Shown here one piece after another: positions 61,224-64,000 of a stretch of 64,000 nt of DNA. Numbering within the stretch: position 1 is the first letter of the stretch; the number at the start of each line of letters is the position of its first letter. The stretch comes from an uncultured Gemmataceae bacterium (lineage in GTDB: Bacteria; Planctomycetota; Planctomycetia; Gemmatales; Gemmataceae). The notes beneath the pieces are model-generated. The model saw nothing but the letters and a program-made list of their open reading frames with translations. It was not told the origin of the DNA and ran no database searches. The DNA is taken from the NCBI GenBank assembly GCA_963750165.1, contig CAVVPN010000004.1:320001-384000 (forward strand), read 5' to 3'. Made by a program: the position numbers and the translations under genes.

Positions 61224-62516
61224 TCAGCCGCGCTGGCCTGGACGCCAGACGGTCACCGGCTCCAGTCCGCGGAACAGCGCCGCCGCAGCCGGCAAGAGCG
61301 CGGTCGGCCGTGTCTGCACCGGCGGCAGGAATGTGGCCGGCTCCGACGCGGGCAACGCCCGCACCTGGAAGTCGGCCAGCGCGGCGCGGCGCAACGGCTG
61401 CACGGCCCCGTGCGTGGACACGAAGACGCAGACCAGCGCCGCGTCGCCCAGCAGCGCCGTGCGGCGGACGTGGCCGCGGCCGGCCGGGTGACAGGTCGTA
61501 CACTTCGCCAGGTTCTTGGCGCTGACGTTGCGATGATCGCGGCGCTGGGCCTCGCGCTCCGGCGTGTGGTTGTGGCAGCCGTAGCAGGTGTACTTCTCGA
61601 AGTGCTTCACTTCGGTGTGACAGGTCGCGCACGACGCCCCCTTGCGCCCGCCGCCCCCGCCGTGGTTGACCGGGAACGAATGGCGGAACGTCACGTCTTC
61701 CCAGTCGCTCGTCTTGTGACAGTAGTTGCAATTGTTGCCATAGCGGCTCTTGTGTGTCTTCGGCTCGGCGTGGCAGGCGGCGCAGTTTTGCGGCGTGCCC
61801 TTGAAGACCTCCGCGGCCAGCGTCTCACGCCTGGCCCCGGCCTTGACGAAGACTTCCCAGGCATGACAGCCCTTGCAATCGACCTTCGTGTGCTTGCCCG
61901 TCAGTTTGTAGGTCGTGAAGTCGTGGTTGAACTTGAAGGCGGTCCCGGTCGTGAACTTCCACGTCTTGACATTGTGGCAGCCGGCGCAGTCAGCGCCGAA
62001 GCGGTCCTTGTGGATCTTCGGCTCGGCGTGACAGGAGTTGCAGTCCGTTGGCGTGCCGCGATAAACGCTGCCGGTGTGGCAGGACTTGCAGTCCACGTGG
62101 CGATGGCCGCCGGTCAGCGGGAACGCGGTGCAGGTGTGGTCGAAGGTGGTCATGTCGGTCAGTCCGGCGTGGGCGCCCTTGTGCTCGGTGTGGCATTCAC
62201 GGCACTCCTTGCCCTGGGCGAGCAGGCCGTGCATCGGCCCCTTGCGCTCGATCTGTTCGCGCACCTCGCTGTGGCAGTCGAGACAGCGGCCGGACATGGT
62301 GCCGCCGCTCCAGGGCTCGGCGTGGCAGGCGGCGCAGTTGTTCGTCAGCTCGGCGTGCGACCGGACGCCGCCGCGCTCCGTCTCCTGGCGGACCTCCGCG
62401 TTCAGGGCGCCGGGGCTGAACATACCCTGGCCGCGCACCGCCAGCACCACCGTCACGCCGACCAGCGTGACCAGGGCGGCGAACTTCCCCGGACCCCAAC
62501 TCCCCAGGTGTTTCAT
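61224..62516 (-). CDS. Multiheme cytochrome c (12 CxxCH), N-terminal membrane anchor/signal
   Basis: CAACH, CLDCH, CRECH, CKSCH, CNSCH, CAGCH, CKGCH, CAACH, CNYCH, CATCH, CYGCH, CTTCH. Confidence 0.92.
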   Translation of the reverse strand: MKHLGSWGPGKFAALVTLVGVTVVLAVRGQGMFSPGALNAEVRQETERGGVRSHAELTNNCAACHAEPWSGGTMSGRCLDCHSEVREQIERKGPMHGLLAQGKECRECHTEHKGAHAGLTDMTTFDHTCTAFPLTGGHRHVDCKSCHTGSVYRGTPTDCNSCHAEPKIHKDRFGADCAGCHNVKTWKFTTGTAFKFNHDFTTYKLTGKHTKVDCKGCHAWEVFVKAGARRETLAAEVFKGTPQNCAACHAEPKTHKSRYGNNCNYCHKTSDWEDVTFRHSFPVNHGGGGGRKGASCATCHTEVKHFEKYTCYGCHNHTPEREAQRRDHRNVSAKNLAKCTTCHPAGRGHVRRTALLGDAALVCVFVSTHGAVQPLRRAALADFQVRALPASEPATFLPPVQTRPTALLPAAAALFRGLEPVTVWRPGQRG

Positions 62517-62526
62517 GGACGAGCCC

Positions 62527-63318
62527 TCATTTCAGGAATGTCGCGTAGTACAGGGCGGCGCCGACGTGCAGGAATGCCAGGCTGAACACCGCGGCGCTCA
62601 GCGGCACGTGCAGCGAATGCCACAGCGCCAGCAGGTTCCGGGCCGCCACCAGGGAATGCACTTGCAAATACAACCGATAGCGATCCGTTAACAACCGGTC
62701 CAGCTTGGCGGCCAGCACACGGTCCTGGCGGCGCAGGTCCCGCAGCGCATGGCCCAGGCGCCGCCGCTGCCGCCAGCGCAGCCAGGGCCGGGCCAGCAGC
62801 GTCACCCAGCCGGCCGGCGGCGTGCCGAGCGCCGCCAGTGCCGCCGCCCCGCCCGGCACGCCCAGCGTCTGCAGCTGCCGGTCCGCGGCGGCCAGCTGGG
62901 CGTGCAGCTCGTGCGCCGCGACCGCCAGGCCGTCCAGCGTACGCGGCGTCGCGGTGTAGAGGTAACGGCCGACAAAACCGCTCGCCACCAGCACGATCGT
63001 CAGCAGCGCGACCGCGCCGGCCAGGCCGTGGAACTTGCCGGCCGTGTGCAGCAGCACCAGGTACGGGCCGACCAGGCCGGTGAACACGTGCGCCTGCAGC
63101 CAGATGCTCGTCGGCCCCCAGGTGAAACCGCGGAGCCGCTTGCGCAGCGTGTACAGAGACTCGGTGCCCAGCATCAGCACGAAGCCGAGGACGCCGAGGC
63201 CGTGCCCGACCAGGCCGCTCGATCCGGGAATCTCCTGCTGCGCTTCGATGACGTACCACAGCGTCACGGCCAGAATCACGGCCAGGGCGAACACCAGTTC
63301 CGTCGGAACGCGGCGCAT
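62527..63318 (-). CDS. His-rich polytopic membrane protein (ferric-reductase/cytochrome b-like)
   Basis: GHGLG, YTLRKR, WLQAHVFTG, LLH, SGFVGRYLY, WHSLHVPL, LH. Confidence 0.75.
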   Translation of the reverse strand: MRRVPTELVFALAVILAVTLWYVIEAQQEIPGSSGLVGHGLGVLGFVLMLGTESLYTLRKRLRGFTWGPTSIWLQAHVFTGLVGPYLVLLHTAGKFHGLAGAVALLTIVLVASGFVGRYLYTATPRTLDGLAVAAHELHAQLAAADRQLQTLGVPGGAAALAALGTPPAGWVTLLARPWLRWRQRRRLGHALRDLRRQDRVLAAKLDRLLTDRYRLYLQVHSLVAARNLLALWHSLHVPLSAAVFSLAFLHVGAALYYATFLK

Positions 63319-63337
63319 CCGGAGAAACCCTTCTTTC

Positions 63338-63405
63338 GGCGAGCGGCGCGGCGTCAGCCCGCCGGTCAGGATCAGCACCGGCGGGCTGACGCCGCGCCGC
63401 TCGCC
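63338..63405. repeat. REP family A inverted pair
   Basis: Same arms as 10311-10378. Confidence 0.85.
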
Positions 63406-63408
63406 AGA

Positions 63409-64000
63409 TCAATTCGCCTGCGTCCGCTCCCACTGGTGACAGAATTCCGCCAGCTGCGGCAGCGCCGCCGGGCCGCCGCTCAGCAGCGCCGGCCGCACCG
63501 GCGTGATGTCCACCCGCGCCACGATCAACCGCTGCAACAGCCGCGACCACGTCTGGTCGCCCATCACCAGCGCCCCCAGAATCGTCCGCTCGCCCAGCAC
63601 CAGGCGAATACGGTTCACGGCATCGCCGTCGCTGACCATCCGCGCGACGGGCCGCAGCCGCCACACCTCGCTCTCGCCGCGCGTGATCGCCACCAGGTCC
63701 TCGTTCTTGCTGCCGCTGCTGACGGCACCGATGATCGTCACCTTCAGGTTCGTCAACATCGTGACGTTGCACGGCACCGGCTTGACGTAGGGGCGGTGCA
63801 GGCCCGCCAGGTTGTCGCCGGCGACGCGGCCCTGCGCCAGCGCCGTCGGCCAGAGCACGTCCAGTGCCGCGACGCCGGTCTGCGGGTCGAAGACCTCCGC
63901 CACGTCGCCGGCGGCGTACACGTCCGGGGCGCTGGTCTGGAGAAATTCGTTGACGATGACGCCCTTGTTGACCTTCAGCCCCGCCTGCTTCGCCAGATCC
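63409..64000 (-). CDS. NAD(P)/FAD-dependent oxidoreductase, C-terminal part (5' end outside the window)
   Basis: GVIVNEFLQTSAPDVYAAGDVAE, WPTALAQGRVAG. Confidence 0.88.
   Translation of the reverse strand, partial: DLAKQAGLKVNKGVIVNEFLQTSAPDVYAAGDVAEVFDPQTGVAALDVLWPTALAQGRVAGDNLAGLHRPYVKPVPCNVTMLTNLKVTIIGAVSSGSKNEDLVAITRGESEVWRLRPVARMVSDGDAVNRIRLVLGERTILGALVMGDQTWSRLLQRLIVARVDITPVRPALLSGGPAALPQLAEFCHQWERTQAN

Overview
GC-rich bacterial DNA, most likely a planctomycete of the Gemmataceae type. The evidence is a DUF1559 prepilin protein, a TIGR02996 protein, Gemmata-type WD40 and hypothetical families, and many REP-like palindromes. The window carries about 50 CDSs, including mutS, aroC, clpS, ltaE, a paoABC-like molybdoenzyme operon, two multiheme cytochromes, tandem cyclophilins and tandem WD40 genes. 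About 11 short indels break otherwise intact genes and look like long-read assembly errors. No rRNA, tRNA, intact transposase/integrase or cas gene was recognised. The most interesting signals are non-coding. (i) A 13.3-17.0 kb accessory island holds PEP-CTERM, HEPN-like and two toxin-antitoxin units, separated by a recurring GAAAGRGGTCNGGTTA-type motif, ~250-bp direct repeats and a perfect 52-bp palindrome, which suggests a cassette array. (ii) A dispersed ~65-nt element occurs in five copies, with a covarying stem and 9-nt periodic TTGGC units. (iii) A solitary type I-G-like CRISPR repeat lies downstream of a sigma70-like promoter in the leader of a glycan-related operon. (iv) Several palindromic elements are nested inside one another. 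Unusual protein fusions include TIGR02996-KOW, membrane-ClpN and M1 peptidase-beta-barrel. All calls were made by eye, without database searches.
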